A stretch of DNA of 64,000 nucleotides from Trueperaceae bacterium (GTDB lineage: Bacteria > Deinococcota > Deinococci > Deinococcales > Trueperaceae): NCBI GenBank assembly GCA_965214405.1, contig OZ243956.1, forward strand, positions 3,488,001-3,552,000, written 5' to 3'. Shown here in pieces: positions 26,552 through 38,601 of the stretch. The position numbers were made by a program, and so were the translations under genes. The notes under the pieces were generated by a model. It saw nothing but the letters and a program-made list of their open reading frames with translations, was not told the origin of the DNA and searched no databases. Within the stretch, counting starts at the first letter, position 1, and each line of letters opens with the position of its first letter.

Positions 26552-27607
26552 TTGCGTACAGATACCGGCACAGATACTGCCACAGCGTCTCCCAAACGTT
26601 CCAACGGTCGCCGCGCCCTGGAAATTCTTACCGGGGCCTGGTCGTGGCTCTTTTTGCTGCTCATTCTCCTGCTTTTTGAGGTGTGGGCTCGAGCCGCCTT
26701 CGGCACCACCTTTCTGGGGCGCGTCCGCAACGTGCAGAGCATCCTGCTCGCCGCGACGCAGATTTTGCTCATGGCGCTGGGCCTCACGCTGGTGATTATT
26801 TCGGCGGGCATCGACCTTTCCATCGGTTTTATCGCGGGGCTGTCGGCGGTCACGATGGCCGTGACCATCCGCGCGCTCGACGCCCACATGGCCCCGCTGC
26901 CGTCTTTTTTGATAGGGACTTCTGCGGGAGCCCTCAGCGCCGTCATACCGGGGCTTATCAACGGCTGGATGGTCGCGCGGCTCAAAGTGCCCTCATTTAT
27001 CGGCACGCTGGGGATGTACGGCATTGCGCGGGGCGCGGCCTTTTTGGTGGCGGGCGGGGCGACGGTGGCGATTCGTAACGGCGCGGCTCGAGAGTTTGGC
27101 AATGGGCGCGTCTTTTTTGAGTGGGTGCCCATCCCGGTGCTCGTGGCGGGGGTGGTGGCGCTTATCTTTCACTATGTGCTCTCGAGCACCCGCTTCGGGC
27201 TTTACACCTACGCGATGGGCGGCAACTACGCGGCGGCGGTGCGCGCGGGCGTCAACACGACGCGCCACACGCTTATCTTATTTGTCCTTTCAGCCCTCAC
27301 CGCGGGGCTAGCGGGCCTCGTCTACACGGGCCGCTTTTCGGCGGGCGCGGCGGACGCGGGTGAACCCACGCTCCTTTACGCGGTGGCGGCGGTGTTTATC
27401 GGCGGCGCGAGTCTCACGGGCGGGAGCGGCACCATTACGGGCACGGTGATTGGTTCGCTTATCATCGCGGTGATCCAGTTCGGCTTGGTCTTTATCAACG
27501 TGCCGCCCTACTGGCAATTTGTGGCGGTTGGTTTGGTCATTATCATCGCGGTTCTCATCGACCAGTCGCGCGACCGGCTCATCGGCGGGGTGCGGGGGGA
27601 GGGATGA
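26552..27607 (+). CDS. sugar ABC transporter permease (RbsC-like)
   Basis: GIDLSIG, VPSFIGTLG, AVFIGGASLTGG. TTG start after AAGGAG. Confidence 0.88.
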   Translation: MRTDTGTDTATASPKRSNGRRALEILTGAWSWLFLLLILLLFEVWARAAFGTTFLGRVRNVQSILLAATQILLMALGLTLVIISAGIDLSIGFIAGLSAVTMAVTIRALDAHMAPLPSFLIGTSAGALSAVIPGLINGWMVARLKVPSFIGTLGMYGIARGAAFLVAGGATVAIRNGAAREFGNGRVFFEWVPIPVLVAGVVALIFHYVLSSTRFGLYTYAMGGNYAAAVRAGVNTTRHTLILFVLSALTAGLAGLVYTGRFSAGAADAGEPTLLYAVAAVFIGGASLTGGSGTITGTVIGSLIIAVIQFGLVFINVPPYWQFVAVGLVIIIAVLIDQSRDRLIGGVRGEG

Positions 27608-28341
27608 CGCCCTTGCTCGAGGTTAAAAACGTCTCCAAAAGTTTTGGCGGCACGCAGGCGTCTAGGGGGGTGACGCTCGAGCTTCTGCCCGGCGAGGTGC
27701 TGGCTTTGGCGGGCGATAACGGCGCGGGCAAATCAACGCTCATCAAGATGATTTCGGGCGTCCACCAACCCGACTCGGGCGAAGTTCTCTACCAGGGGCA
27801 GGCCGTGACGGGCAAAAATCCGCAGGAGATGCGCGAGTTGGGTGTCGAGACCATCTATCAAGACCTGGCGCTGGCTGAAAATTTAGATGTGGGCATCAAT
27901 ATCTTTTTGGGCCGCGAGAAGATGAAGCGGCTTTTCGGGTTTCTCCCCGTGCTCGACCGCAAGTGGATGCGCGAGGAGGCGCGGGGGGCTTTGGAGAGTC
28001 TGGGCATCACCCTGGGCGACCTTGGCTTGCCCGTGCGCTACCTATCGGGCGGGCAGCGGCAGGCGATTGCCATCTCGAGGGCGGTCTACTGGCAGGCCAA
28101 GGTCTTGATTATGGACGAGCCTACCGCCGCGCTGGGCGTGCCCGAACAGCGCGAGGTCAAAGACCTCATCCAGCGGCTTAAGGGGCAGGGCGTTGGGATT
28201 ATCTTTATTTCGCACAACCTTGGCGATATTTTTGAGGTGGCGGACCGTATCGTTGTTTTGGAGCGCGGGCGCAAGGCGGGGGAGAGGCTGGTGGGCGAAA
28301 CGGATGAGGATGACGTGGTGAAGTTGATGATGGGGGGCTGA
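27604..28341 (+). CDS. sugar ABC transporter ATP-binding protein (single domain)
   Basis: GDNGAGKS, LSGGQRQ, MDEPT. Confidence 0.92.
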   Translation: MTPLLEVKNVSKSFGGTQASRGVTLELLPGEVLALAGDNGAGKSTLIKMISGVHQPDSGEVLYQGQAVTGKNPQEMRELGVETIYQDLALAENLDVGINIFLGREKMKRLFGFLPVLDRKWMREEARGALESLGITLGDLGLPVRYLSGGQRQAIAISRAVYWQAKVLIMDEPTAALGVPEQREVKDLIQRLKGQGVGIIFISHNLGDIFEVADRIVVLERGRKAGERLVGETDEDDVVKLMMGG

Positions 28342-28465
28342 ATGCAGTGCCGCTCCGCTGGGTGTCCGCTAAAACCACGCTTCTATGGCTTATAGGTAAG
28401 GTGCTACTCGTTCTTCAGATTAGCTCGTTTCATCAGCTTCACCACAAGATGCTATATTTCTGGGC

Positions 28466-28741
28466 ATGAAACGCGTGACTGTAACGGTTACTGACGAACT
28501 CGAGCGTGACTTGAACGCTTATTTGTCGGAGCAGGACACGCCGCCCTCGCTGACGACCGTGATGCAGGTGGCGCTACGTGACTTTTTGCAGGCGCAACGC
28601 CTGCGCGAGCGGGAGTACCGCCCTGCGGGGGGACCGTTGAGGATTACTCCTGCGGAAAAGGGAAGCGGGAAATCCGATGTTAGCATCAATCATGATAAAT
28701 ATTTTGCTAATGAAGAAATCGCTGGTCGAGTTGGTAGTTAG
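28466..28741 (+). CDS. RHH/CopG-type antitoxin-like protein, no adjacent toxin
   Basis: MKRVTVTVTDEL N-terminus and GSGKSDVSINHDKY tail, typical of VapB-like antitoxins. Confidence 0.65.
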   Translation: MKRVTVTVTDELERDLNAYLSEQDTPPSLTTVMQVALRDFLQAQRLREREYRPAGGPLRITPAEKGSGKSDVSINHDKYFANEEIAGRVGS

Positions 28742-28743
28742 AA

Positions 28744-29406
28744 ATGAATGGTTCTGATACAACACGGTTGTGGTCGGAGCTCATCGACTGGTACCGCGAC
28801 CACCTGCCCGAACTGCTCGACACGCTGAGCTCTGGCATAGATGAGCAAGCCCTGGACGCGTTTGACGAAGAACTACAGGGAGAGATTGGGCGGGGTTTTC
28901 CTCAAGCGTTCCGCGATATCTACTTACAGAACGACGGTCGGGAAATATGCGCGCTATGCGGTGTGTTTTTTGGTCTTAGCTTTATGAGTTTGAGTGAGGC
29001 TCATTATGTCTGGCAAGGTTTACGCGACTATGCCCGCCAGGACCCAACTATAACTACCGATCCAGAGGGTGAGGTTTACCCGCCCAACGCCATCAGACCC
29101 GAATATGTCAACAACGGACGTGTCCCCTTCGCGCACGACGGGAGCGGCAGCTATTTGGCCGTTGACCTTCTGCCCGGACCAGAAGGACAAATAGGACAAG
29201 TTATAAACTTTGCGGACACCTTTGAAAAGTACGTTGTTGCTCCCTCACTCGACGCCTTTCTCGTTTGGCTTTTGTCGCAGTACCATGCGGGCAACTACCG
29301 CATCGTTACGCACAACATTGACGGTGAAGCCGAGCGCAACATACAGATTCATGAGCCCTCGAGGGAGGATTTCTTAGATGCGGTTCCTCTTCTTTTCGGA
29401 TCTTGA
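28744..29406 (+). CDS. SMI1/KNR4 (SUKH) family protein
   Basis: FPQAFRDIY..NDG, PFAHDGSGSYLAVDLLPG..GQIGQVINF, VVAPSLDAFL. Confidence 0.82.
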   Translation: MNGSDTTRLWSELIDWYRDHLPELLDTLSSGIDEQALDAFDEELQGEIGRGFPQAFRDIYLQNDGREICALCGVFFGLSFMSLSEAHYVWQGLRDYARQDPTITTDPEGEVYPPNAIRPEYVNNGRVPFAHDGSGSYLAVDLLPGPEGQIGQVINFADTFEKYVVAPSLDAFLVWLLSQYHAGNYRIVTHNIDGEAERNIQIHEPSREDFLDAVPLLFGS

Positions 29407-29414
29407 CTCTCACC

Positions 29415-30160
<746 letters not shown>

Positions 30161-30164
<4 letters not shown>

Positions 30165-32017
30165 GCGGCGTCCGCGCCCAGGTAAGCCTCGAGCACCGCC
30201 TTGTTGCGTCGCACCTCGCCCGGCGTCCCCTCAGCAAGCTTCGTCCCGTAGTTCACCACCACAATGCGCTCGGCCAGGGCCATCACCACGTCCATGTCGT
30301 GCTCGACCAATAAAATCGTCACGCCCTCGGCCTGGAGCTTGCGTACGAGCGCCATCAGCTCGCCCTTTTCGCCCTTGCGCAAACCCGCGGCGGGTTCGTC
30401 CAAAAGCAAGAGGACGGGGTCGGCCATGAGCGCGCGTGCCACCTCCAAAAGGCGCTGTTTGCCAAGCGGCAGGCTGTCGGCGGGGGAAAAGGCGTCTTCC
30501 GCCAAGCCGACGCGCTCGAGCTGCCGCATCGCCTCCGCGCGGGTGCGGGCGTTTTCTCGGCGCTCTAAACCCAACATCCCCGCAAAAACCCCGCTGCGGG
30601 TGCGGGTGTAAGCGCCCAAGGCGACGTTCTCGAGCAGGCTCATCGTGCCAATCAGGTTGAGGTGCTGAAACGTCCGCGCCAGCCCCCGCCGCGCGATGCG
30701 GTGGGGCGGTCTCCCGCCAATAGCCTCGCCCGCAAACCGAACCTCCCCCGAGGTGGGCGAGAGCACCCCTGTAACGAGGTTAAAAAGCGTGGTCTTGCCC
30801 GCCCCGTTGGGTCCGATGAGGCCCAGAATCTCGCCCGGCTGAACGGTGAAAGAGAGGTCATCCACCGCCTTGAGGCCGCCGAAAGACTTGGAGACGTGAG
30901 AGAGCTCGAGCAGCGCCCCCGTCACCTTGGGTTTGGCTCGAGGCGGCAACGGCGGCGCGTCCGTCCGCACCGGCTCGGGCGGCGCGGGGGGCAAAAGCCC
31001 GCTCAGGAGCGGCAGGAGCCCGCGCCGCGCGCCCTGCAACACGATGATGAGGATGAAGCCGAACGCGATGATTTCGTAGTTCCCGCTACGCCCCAATAAG
31101 AGCGGCAGGTACTCCTGCAACGCCTCCCCCGCGACCACGAAGAGCGCCGCGCCAAAAACCGCCCCCCAGAGCGAACCGAGCCCCCCCACCACCGCCATAA
31201 TCAAGTAGTCAATCGAGGCTCCCAGCCCCGCAATCCTCGGGTCCAAAAAGAGTTCGCGGAATGCGAAAAGCCCCCCCGCGAGCGCCGCATAGGCCGCCGC
31301 AAGCAAAAACGTCGTCATCTTGAGCCGTCCTACATCCACCCCAAACGACGCCGCCGCCACGCCGCCCGTCCGCAAGGCTTTGATGGCCCGCCCCATCCTC
31401 GAGCGCATCAGATTCAAGGAAAGCAGCAGCACGAGCAGCACGCAGGCCCAGACGAGGTAGTAGTACACGCGCTCCCCGCGCAGCTCAAACCCGAACACGC
31501 TCAAGGGCGGAAAACGGTTGCCCGTCGCGCTCCCGAAGCCTGTGTTCCCGCCCGTCACGGGTATCCAGTTTTGCAGCACGCCCGTGATGATGAGCCCCCA
31601 CGCGAGCGTGGCGAGCGCCAGAAAGTGCCCTTTGAGCCGCAGCGTCACGAGCCCGATGAGCCAAGCAATACCGACGGACAGGAGGATGCCCGCGACGATG
31701 CCCAGCCAGGGGTTTAGACCGTAGCGGCTCGAGAGAATCGCCGCCGCGTACGCCCCCGTCCCCACAAACGCCGCCTGCCCCAGTGACGCCAGCCCCGCAT
31801 AGCCCGTGAGCAGCACCAGCCCCATCACCACCAAGCTGTACATCCCGATGAGATTGAGGAGCCGTAAATAGAAGCCTGAGAGGACGAACGGCGCTATGGC
31901 GACAAACAGCAAGAAGAGCGAGAGCAGGCTCGTGCGCCACGGAAAACGTGCTTGTGTAGAAGTCGTGACGGATTCGGATGTTACTTTAGGCGCGGCCTTG
32001 GACACGTCCTCTTTCAT
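30161..32017 (-). CDS. fused Liv-type permease/ATPase (LivM-LivG)
   Basis: N-terminal membrane domain (SLGQAAF) followed by GPNGAGKTT and LDEPAAG. Confidence 0.9.
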
Positions 32018-33057
32018 CAGTCCACATGCTCCTCAAAATCCTGATGCTGCAGTGACCGCACCAGCAGCACGGGGATGATGAGCAAAAAGACGAGCACGTC
32101 GCGGTAGGCCGAGGAGATGTAAAACGCGCTGAACTGCTCCGCCACGCCCACAAAAAGCGCCCCCAGCACCGCCACAAGCGGGTTGACCAGCCCGCCGATG
32201 ATGGCCCCGACGAAGCCTTTTAGGCCGAGCAAAAAACCCAAATCATAAATCATTTTGGTGATGGGCGTAATCAGCACGCCCGCCACCGCGCTCAAAAAAA
32301 CGGAGAGCGTAAAACTCAGGCTCCCCGCCCGCACCACGCTGATGCCCGAGAGTCGCGCGCCCAGCCGGTTCACCGCCGCCGCGCGGAGCGCCTTGCCGTA
32401 AATAGTGTGGCTGAAAAATAGGTAGAGCAGGAGCATCAAGGAGCCGCTGATGACGAGCAGCCACACGGCCTGATAGGACAAAAACGCGGGGCCGATGTCC
32501 ACCCCGCCGCTCCCAAAGGCGGGCAGGCTGTAGGGTTGCGGCCCCCAAAAGGCGAGCCCCAGGCCGGTCAGCGCGAGGTGAAGGCCGATGGTGAGGATGA
32601 GAAACACGAGCACCGAGGCTCGAGGCAACGGCTGCACAATCAACCTGTAGCAAATGGGGCCGAGCAGCGTAGTGAGCGCCACCGCCAGGAGGAGTTGCAA
32701 GGGATAGCTAAGGTCTACCCTTGTCGCCCAAAGCACGAGCGCATAAACGAGCGCCGCCCCAACCCAAGGCAAAAGGAGCCCCAGCCCCGCCCGCCGCCAC
32801 GCCCCTTGCCGGAACGCGGCAGCCGCGTCAAACACGCCCCAAGCCACGAGACCCACCACCGCGATGTAGAGCGTACCCGGCACCTGCGCCGCGCCGAGGC
32901 TCGCCGCCGAGAGCGCCGAGAGCATCACGAACTCGCCCTGCGCCACGTTGATCACGCTCGTGACAGAGTAGAGGACGACGATGCCCAGCGCCATGAGCGC
33001 GTAGATGGCCCCGTTGGTGAGGCCTTCAAAAAAGAGGATGATAGGTATGTCGAACAA
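32017..33057 (-). CDS. Liv-type ABC permease (LivH-like)
   Basis: GAIYALMALG..INVAQGEF and LKGFVGAIIGG. Confidence 0.9.
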   Translation of the reverse strand: MFDIPIILFFEGLTNGAIYALMALGIVVLYSVTSVINVAQGEFVMLSALSAASLGAAQVPGTLYIAVVGLVAWGVFDAAAAFRQGAWRRAGLGLLLPWVGAALVYALVLWATRVDLSYPLQLLLAVALTTLLGPICYRLIVQPLPRASVLVFLILTIGLHLALTGLGLAFWGPQPYSLPAFGSGGVDIGPAFLSYQAVWLLVISGSLMLLLYLFFSHTIYGKALRAAAVNRLGARLSGISVVRAGSLSFTLSVFLSAVAGVLITPITKMIYDLGFLLGLKGFVGAIIGGLVNPLVAVLGALFVGVAEQFSAFYISSAYRDVLVFLLIIPVLLVRSLQHQDFEEHVD

Positions 33058-33066
33058 AATAGGATG

Positions 33067-33091
33067 AGGGGCGGGTTCTGCGCCCGCCCCT
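33067..33091. repeat. REP-like hairpin after the substrate-binding gene
   Basis: AGGGGCGGG...CCCGCCCCT. Confidence 0.55.
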
Positions 33092-33096
33092 AAAGC

Positions 33097-34287
33097 TTAC
33101 TCGCCCGCTAGGGTCCAGTCATTGTCAACAATCTCGACGATGACCAGTGCGCGGTCATCCAGACCGAGGTGGTCCTCTGCGGTGTAATCAAACACGCCGC
33201 CCACGCCCGTAAAGGGGGTGATGGCCTCGAGCGAGTCCCGAATCGCCGCCCGCGCCGCCTCTAAGTCGCTCAAATCTGCCCCGTTGGCAACCGCGTCCTC
33301 AATCGCCAGTTGAAGAAGCTGATACGCGTCCCACGCGTGCCCGCCAAAGGTGCTCGCGGTGCCCGCGCCGTAAGCGGCTTCGTAATCCTCGATGTAACCC
33401 TGCGCCACCGCCTTGATGGGGTTGTCGTCCGCAAGCTCGTCCACCACAATCATCGGGCCTATGGGCAGCCGCACGCCCTCCGCCGCGTCTCCGGCCTGCT
33501 CCAAAAAGGTGGGGTTGCCGACGCCGTGGCTCACGTAGATTTGCCCGTCGAAGCCGCGGTCTCTGAGCGCCTGGACGACCAGCGCCGAATCGCGCACGAC
33601 GCCCCAGACGAGGACGGCGTCGGGGTTGCTCGAGACCGCCCGCAAGGTCTGCGGCGTGATGTTCGTGTCGGTGCGCCCGTAACGCTCAACCGTCGTAATC
33701 TCAATCGTAATCTCAATATCGTTCTCAGCCGCTAAATTCTGGAGCTCGACCAAGCCGCCCTCACCAAAAGCGTCGTCCAGACCCATAAAGGCCACTGTTT
33801 GAAGCCCCCTAGCCTGCATATCGTCCACAATGCCTTGAATCATCAGGCGGTCCGTCTGCGGCGTCTTAAAGACCCACGTGCGCTCCTCCACGGGCTCGAT
33901 GATAGACGCGGAGGCCGCCATTGAGACGGTTGGCACCTCCGCCTCCTGCACCGTGTCGATGATCGCCAACGAGTTCGCGGTGATGGTGCAGCAAATGACC
34001 GCGTGGACGTTCTCCTCTTCGATAAGGCGGCGCACGTTCGTCACCGCTTGCTGGGTATCGGTGGCGTCGTCTAAAAAGATAATTTCGACGGGCACGCCGC
34101 CGACGCCGCCCGCCGCGTTGAGCTGGTCCTGGAGCATCCTAAAGGTGTTCGCCTCGGGTTCGCCCAAGGCGGCGGCGGGACCCGTGGCGGACGCGACCGC
34201 GCCGATGCGGATGGTCTGGGCGAGGGCGGCACCGGTTACAAAAATCAGGACGGTAAGGGAAACGACGAGCCTGCGGGCAAACCTCAT
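33097..34287 (-). CDS. Liv-type ABC substrate-binding protein, probably for aromatic acids
   Basis: Signal peptide, SATGPAAALG, WVFKTPQTD. Lies within the hpa operon. Confidence 0.85.
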   Translation of the reverse strand: MRFARRLVVSLTVLIFVTGAALAQTIRIGAVASATGPAAALGEPEANTFRMLQDQLNAAGGVGGVPVEIIFLDDATDTQQAVTNVRRLIEEENVHAVICCTITANSLAIIDTVQEAEVPTVSMAASASIIEPVEERTWVFKTPQTDRLMIQGIVDDMQARGLQTVAFMGLDDAFGEGGLVELQNLAAENDIEITIEITTVERYGRTDTNITPQTLRAVSSNPDAVLVWGVVRDSALVVQALRDRGFDGQIYVSHGVGNPTFLEQAGDAAEGVRLPIGPMIVVDELADDNPIKAVAQGYIEDYEAAYGAGTASTFGGHAWDAYQLLQLAIEDAVANGADLSDLEAARAAIRDSLEAITPFTGVGGVFDYTAEDHLGLDDRALVIVEIVDNDWTLAGE

Positions 34288-34349
34288 ATTTCCTCCTTGT
34301 GCGCTTTATGAAGCGCGTGTGATGCGTTGAGGCGCATCGTATCACATCG

Positions 34350-35333
34350 CTACGTCGCCACCACCGGACGCTCCCGCATCACCGGCTCTTGAACCTTGAC
34401 GCCCTCGAACGGTGTCCCCTCCTCAAACCAAGATTTCGGGGCCGCGTGCCCCCACAGCGTCTGCCGCTGTGGGTCGTCCAGCGTCCAGCGGATAGGCTCG
34501 AAATCGGGGTCCACGGTGAGATAATCCGAAGTAAAAAGCTCGGTGCGGTGGCCGTCGGGGTCGCGGATGTAGAGAAAGAATGCGTTGGTGATGCCGTGCC
34601 GTCCGGGGCCGCGCTCGAGCCGCTCCACATGTCCCGTCGTCGCCAAAAGGTCACAAGTATGGATGATATTCATCGCCGTGGGCACCCACACGCCGACGTG
34701 GTGGAGCCGCGGCCCCCGCCCGTTGGTGAGCGCCACGTCGTGCGTGTTGCCCTTGCGGTGCATCCACACCGCCCAGAGCCGCGGGTTCTCGCCCTCGGTC
34801 TCGGTGTACTCGGTGGTGCGAAAGCCCAGACTCGCGTAAAAGTCGTGCGTCCCCTGCGTGTCGTTGCTAAAGAGGTTGAAGTGGTCGATGCGCATGACCT
34901 GCGCGCCCTTATATTCGCCGTAGCGTTGCAGGCTGCGCTCGACGCTCTCCATTTTGTAGTAGAACTCGAGCGGCATCCCGAACGGGTCCACCATGTGCAG
35001 CGTCCGTCCCTGCGCGTGCTTGTCTACCCAAGAGGTCGGCAAGTTTTGGCTCGAGAAAAACGCCTCGGCCCCATCCAAATCTGCTTCACTCGCCACTTTG
35101 TAAGCCAACCGCTTGGCGACGGGCGCGTCCGTTTTGGTGAGGACGAAGGAATGGTGGTTGCGCTCCTCGAGCCCGCGCAAATAAAGCGTGTCTTGGGTGC
35201 GCTCCGTTTCTATTAAACCGAGGATATTTACGTAGAAGGCGCTCGAGCGTTCCAAATCAGTCACACCCAACTCGATGTGAGAGAGCCGCACGATGTTGAA
35301 GGGCGGGTCTGTGTTGGCCTGTTGAATGGGCAT
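34350..35333 (-). CDS. hpaD: homoprotocatechuate 2,3-dioxygenase (VOC extradiol type)
   Basis: RIDHFN, HDVALTNGRGPRLHH, ERGPGRHGITNAFFLY. Confidence 0.92.
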   Translation of the reverse strand: MPIQQANTDPPFNIVRLSHIELGVTDLERSSAFYVNILGLIETERTQDTLYLRGLEERNHHSFVLTKTDAPVAKRLAYKVASEADLDGAEAFFSSQNLPTSWVDKHAQGRTLHMVDPFGMPLEFYYKMESVERSLQRYGEYKGAQVMRIDHFNLFSNDTQGTHDFYASLGFRTTEYTETEGENPRLWAVWMHRKGNTHDVALTNGRGPRLHHVGVWVPTAMNIIHTCDLLATTGHVERLERGPGRHGITNAFFLYIRDPDGHRTELFTSDYLTVDPDFEPIRWTLDDPQRQTLWGHAAPKSWFEEGTPFEGVKVQEPVMRERPVVAT

Positions 35334-35336
35334 AAA

Positions 35337-36830
35337 TTAATCTGCGGGAACTGCTTCTGCTTGCGTCTCTACCACGCTCAACTCATCGCTTTGCTCCAAA
35401 AACGCCTTGATTCGCTCCACATAAGGCTCCTTGTCGTACCCCTCGTAAAGCGCGCACTGCGTCCTCACCGGGTCGCCGAAGAAGAACTTTTCGTACAAGT
35501 TTTGCCGCGCGCCAAATGACGAAATCGTCATGTCCCAGGCGAGGCGGTAGAGCTTTATACGTTCTTCCGCGCTGGCGTTGCGGGCTTGCAAGAACTTGTC
35601 GATTTTGTCGCCCATCGGCCCCTTGCGGTCCGCCTCGGTAGGAATCATGATGAGGCCCGACGCGCTTAGGAGCTGGATGATTTCGTTCATCCGCGGATAG
35701 AGCTGCGGGTAGAGGTTGCGCGCGGCGTTGATGGGTCCCTTGGCGGGCGTCATCGTGCCCCACTGGTCGGGCTCGGCTCCCTCCTCGGCGGCGAGCTTGA
35801 GCGCCTTCATGACTTCTAGGTTGAGGATAATCTCAGCGACTTTTTGCTGCACGTGCTGAAACTGGCCGCTGCCGATGGTGTCCACGATGGCCTGCGCCAC
35901 CCCCAAAAACGCCTCGGTCTTGGCGATTTTGCCGGTCACGACCTGGTGCGCCATCTGATAAACCGCGCCCGTCGTGCCGTACGCGCGGTTGGCGAGCTTC
36001 ACGTTGTTCATCAGGAAAACGCGGTCCCAGGGCACCAGCACGTCGTCAAAGTAGACCATCGCGTCCATCTCGTCGAAGCGAGAGCCTAACGGATGGTCTT
36101 CATGCGAGCGGCCTATATCTAAGGGCTCCCGGCATTGAAAAGACACGCCCGGCGTATTGCAGGGCACCGCAAAGGCGAGCGCGTAGCGCGTCAGCTCCTC
36201 CTGCTCTTTGAGGACCGTTGAGGGGAATATCAGAATCTCGTCCGCTATCGGCAACGTCGCCATCATCCGCGCGCCGCGCACGATGATGCCCTCGTCGGTC
36301 TCGCGCACGAGGCCCAGCGCAATGTAGGGGTCGTCCATTTCGTCCGCCCTCGCCGAGCGGTTCACCTGCGGGTTGGTCAGCGCGTGCGTCAAGCAGAGGT
36401 CGTTCTCGCGCACGTGCTCGTAGTAGCGGCGCATGTTCTCGCCAAAACGCGGGTCGCACCCCGCGAAATAATCCGCCGCCTGCGCCGCCGCCATCACGTT
36501 GACGTTGAGGTAGTCCGGCGCGCGCCCGATAAAGCCCAGCGAGGCGTCCGCCCAGACCTTGTGCATCTTTGCGCGGCGCTGTAAGTCCTCTTTTGTTCTG
36601 GGCACCATAAAGCTCATGCCCACACGCTCACCCGTCGTCGGGCTTTCATACGTCATCACGTCTTGCAACTCGGGTACGTGCTGCAAATCATAAAGGTGGG
36701 CGATGGACGCCGCCGCGTTTTTCGTGTGCGGGTGGGTGGTCGGGTCGGCGACCTTTTCGCCGTCCACGTAGATGTTGGGCGGGTTGCGCTTTAGGCCCTC
36801 TAAAAACTCTTTTCCGGTGCGTGCTGGCAT
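35337..36830 (-). CDS. hpaB: 4-hydroxyphenylacetate 3-monooxygenase, oxygenase component
   Basis: [61 protein letters not shown]. Confidence 0.92.
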   Translation of the reverse strand: MPARTGKEFLEGLKRNPPNIYVDGEKVADPTTHPHTKNAAASIAHLYDLQHVPELQDVMTYESPTTGERVGMSFMVPRTKEDLQRRAKMHKVWADASLGFIGRAPDYLNVNVMAAAQAADYFAGCDPRFGENMRRYYEHVRENDLCLTHALTNPQVNRSARADEMDDPYIALGLVRETDEGIIVRGARMMATLPIADEILIFPSTVLKEQEELTRYALAFAVPCNTPGVSFQCREPLDIGRSHEDHPLGSRFDEMDAMVYFDDVLVPWDRVFLMNNVKLANRAYGTTGAVYQMAHQVVTGKIAKTEAFLGVAQAIVDTIGSGQFQHVQQKVAEIILNLEVMKALKLAAEEGAEPDQWGTMTPAKGPINAARNLYPQLYPRMNEIIQLLSASGLIMIPTEADRKGPMGDKIDKFLQARNASAEERIKLYRLAWDMTISSFGARQNLYEKFFFGDPVRTQCALYEGYDKEPYVERIKAFLEQSDELSVVETQAEAVPAD

Positions 36831-37375
36831 TATGCCTCCTTTATGGCTTCTTGAATGCGAGTGAGTGCTCCTCTTGAACGCCTGTTTCCTTGAGAAATTA
36901 GGTTGAAGTATTCGAGAACTTCTTCGTGACAATCAATGTCTTGACTGAAAAAGTTTAGAATCTCAGTGCGGATTTTTTGGTCAATAGTTCCGTCTGTAAA
37001 AGTAGTCACGGTGGCTGAGAGTTTAGGCTCCACCTGAAATTCTTTCTCAATTATTACGTCTTTTAGAAGCTCATTTTTATCAAGCGTGTGTATGTGATAG
37101 CTGGCAAACCATCGACAGCCCTTCCACTCGAGCCCCACTGTGTACTCAAGCGTTGGTTTGTGCTCAACTTTTAACCGCCCTAGTGCTCCAACATAACCAT
37201 CTACCCAATCTTCAAATTGAGTCGAGTAAACGTCGGTATCTAGGTGAAAACGCGGACTTCTAACTGAGCGAACTTCTGTTTTTGTAATAAGTGCGCGTTC
37301 AAAAGTTCGTAGCCGATACTGAAGAACGCTCACAGCATCGACAAACCGTGCCAGATTAAGAATCTCCGAATCCAT
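36830..37375 (-). CDS. AT-rich hypothetical protein inserted in the hpa operon
   Basis: 181-aa ORF with a TAATG overlap onto the hpaB start. Confidence 0.55.
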   Translation of the reverse strand: MDSEILNLARFVDAVSVLQYRLRTFERALITKTEVRSVRSPRFHLDTDVYSTQFEDWVDGYVGALGRLKVEHKPTLEYTVGLEWKGCRWFASYHIHTLDKNELLKDVIIEKEFQVEPKLSATVTTFTDGTIDQKIRTEILNFFSQDIDCHEEVLEYFNLISQGNRRSRGALTRIQEAIKEA

Positions 37376-37389
37376 CAACTTTTACCTTC

Positions 37390-37767
37390 TCAGACCACTT
37401 CATTGTACTTGAATACTTTGATGACGTAGCCGTTCGGGTCCTCGACAAAAAACCCGTAGGGTCCCTTTTCATGGCGGTAAAGCTCTCTCATGTCGCGGCC
37501 CATCTTTGCTCGAGCCTCTAGTCTCCCATACATCTCGTCCACCGCCCCAAAGTCGGCAAGCTCGAGGCCCAGATAGGTGATGCTCGAGGCAGAAAGCACC
37601 TCGTCCGAACGGTCAAAAATTAAGGTGAAACCATCCGCCAAACTCAGCCACAACCGCCCAATATTGGGGTCAAAGTTGGCTTCTTCTAAACCCAACGTAT
37701 CTTTGTAAAAGGCTCGAGTGCGCTCCAAGTCGTTTGTGCGGAGGGCGATGTGCTGAAGTCTTGCCAC
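37390..37767 (-). CDS. VOC/glyoxalase family protein
   Basis: LQHIALRTNDLERTRAFY and FFVEDPNGY. Confidence 0.82.
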   Translation of the reverse strand: MARLQHIALRTNDLERTRAFYKDTLGLEEANFDPNIGRLWLSLADGFTLIFDRSDEVLSASSITYLGLELADFGAVDEMYGRLEARAKMGRDMRELYRHEKGPYGFFVEDPNGYVIKVFKYNEVV

Positions 37768-37768
37768 G

Positions 37769-38164
37769 TCAGCCCGTCTCTGGAGGGCTCGAGTACGAAA
37801 TAAATTCCAGCAGTGATCCGTCGGGGTCGCGGAAGTAGACGCTCGAGCCTATACCTTTGGCTCCGGACCGTTCCACAGGCCCCAGCTCCACCTCGACGCC
37901 GCACGCTTCCAGATGCGCCTGCGCCTCCTCTATCGGCCCAGGCCACTCAAAGCACAGGTCGCTGCCGCCCGGCTGCACAGGGAGCTTGGCAACGGGCGTG
38001 GCGTCTACACCGGGGCCGTGCAAATTGATCTGCGCCTCACCGAAGCGGTATGACCGGCCTGAACCGTTGGGGACGACTTCGGCCCCCAAAACATCTTGGT
38101 AAAAGGCGTTTGAACGCTCCCAGTCGGAGACGTGGAGGACGCTATGGTCGAGTTTGACGTTCAT
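37769..38164 (-). CDS. VOC/glyoxalase family protein
   Basis: LDHSVLHVSD..FY, GPVERSGAKG, SVYFRDPDGSLLEFI. Confidence 0.85.
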   Translation of the reverse strand: MNVKLDHSVLHVSDWERSNAFYQDVLGAEVVPNGSGRSYRFGEAQINLHGPGVDATPVAKLPVQPGGSDLCFEWPGPIEEAQAHLEACGVEVELGPVERSGAKGIGSSVYFRDPDGSLLEFISYSSPPETG

Positions 38165-38601
38165 GTACGCACCTCTTCCGGATGAACCGGCTTAACGTCT
38201 GAATAACGCTCGAAATCTTTGATGTTCAGCGTGAGGAGGTTTTCGATGTTGTGCGTCTGCATCGCGGCGACTAGGCGGGCGTCGTGGACTTGTTTACCCT
38301 TGACGTCGAAGCGGGCGACAAGCTCGAGCCAATGCGCAAGCAAATCGGGTGTGTCATTGAGCAGGATGAAACTTGAGCGTAAAAGCTCAACCGCCTCCTC
38401 CGTTCGTCTCGTACTCCACCCCAAGCCGTTGCTGCTTGTCAGGCGCGTCGCCACCGCCCAAAGTTCATAAAGGTTTTGAGGCACAATCGCAAGCTCATTA
38501 CCCTGATTGAGGAGTGCTTTGGTCGCCTCAGAAATCAATGGGTACTGCGGCGCGTTGATGTTCGCCAAGCGTAAGCAGATGTTGGTGTCGAGAAGGACCA
38601 T
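38161..38601 (-). CDS. PIN-domain (VapC-like) toxin
   Basis: LLDTNI, QNLYELW, VHDARLVA, LLTLNIKDF. Confidence 0.88.
   Translation of the reverse strand: MVLLDTNICLRLANINAPQYPLISEATKALLNQGNELAIVPQNLYELWAVATRLTSSNGLGWSTRRTEEAVELLRSSFILLNDTPDLLAHWLELVARFDVKGKQVHDARLVAAMQTHNIENLLTLNIKDFERYSDVKPVHPEEVRT

Noticed and set aside
36831..36932. N-terminal extension of hpaB
   Set aside because: It overlaps the upstream gene. The RBS and family N-terminus fit MPARTG at 36830.
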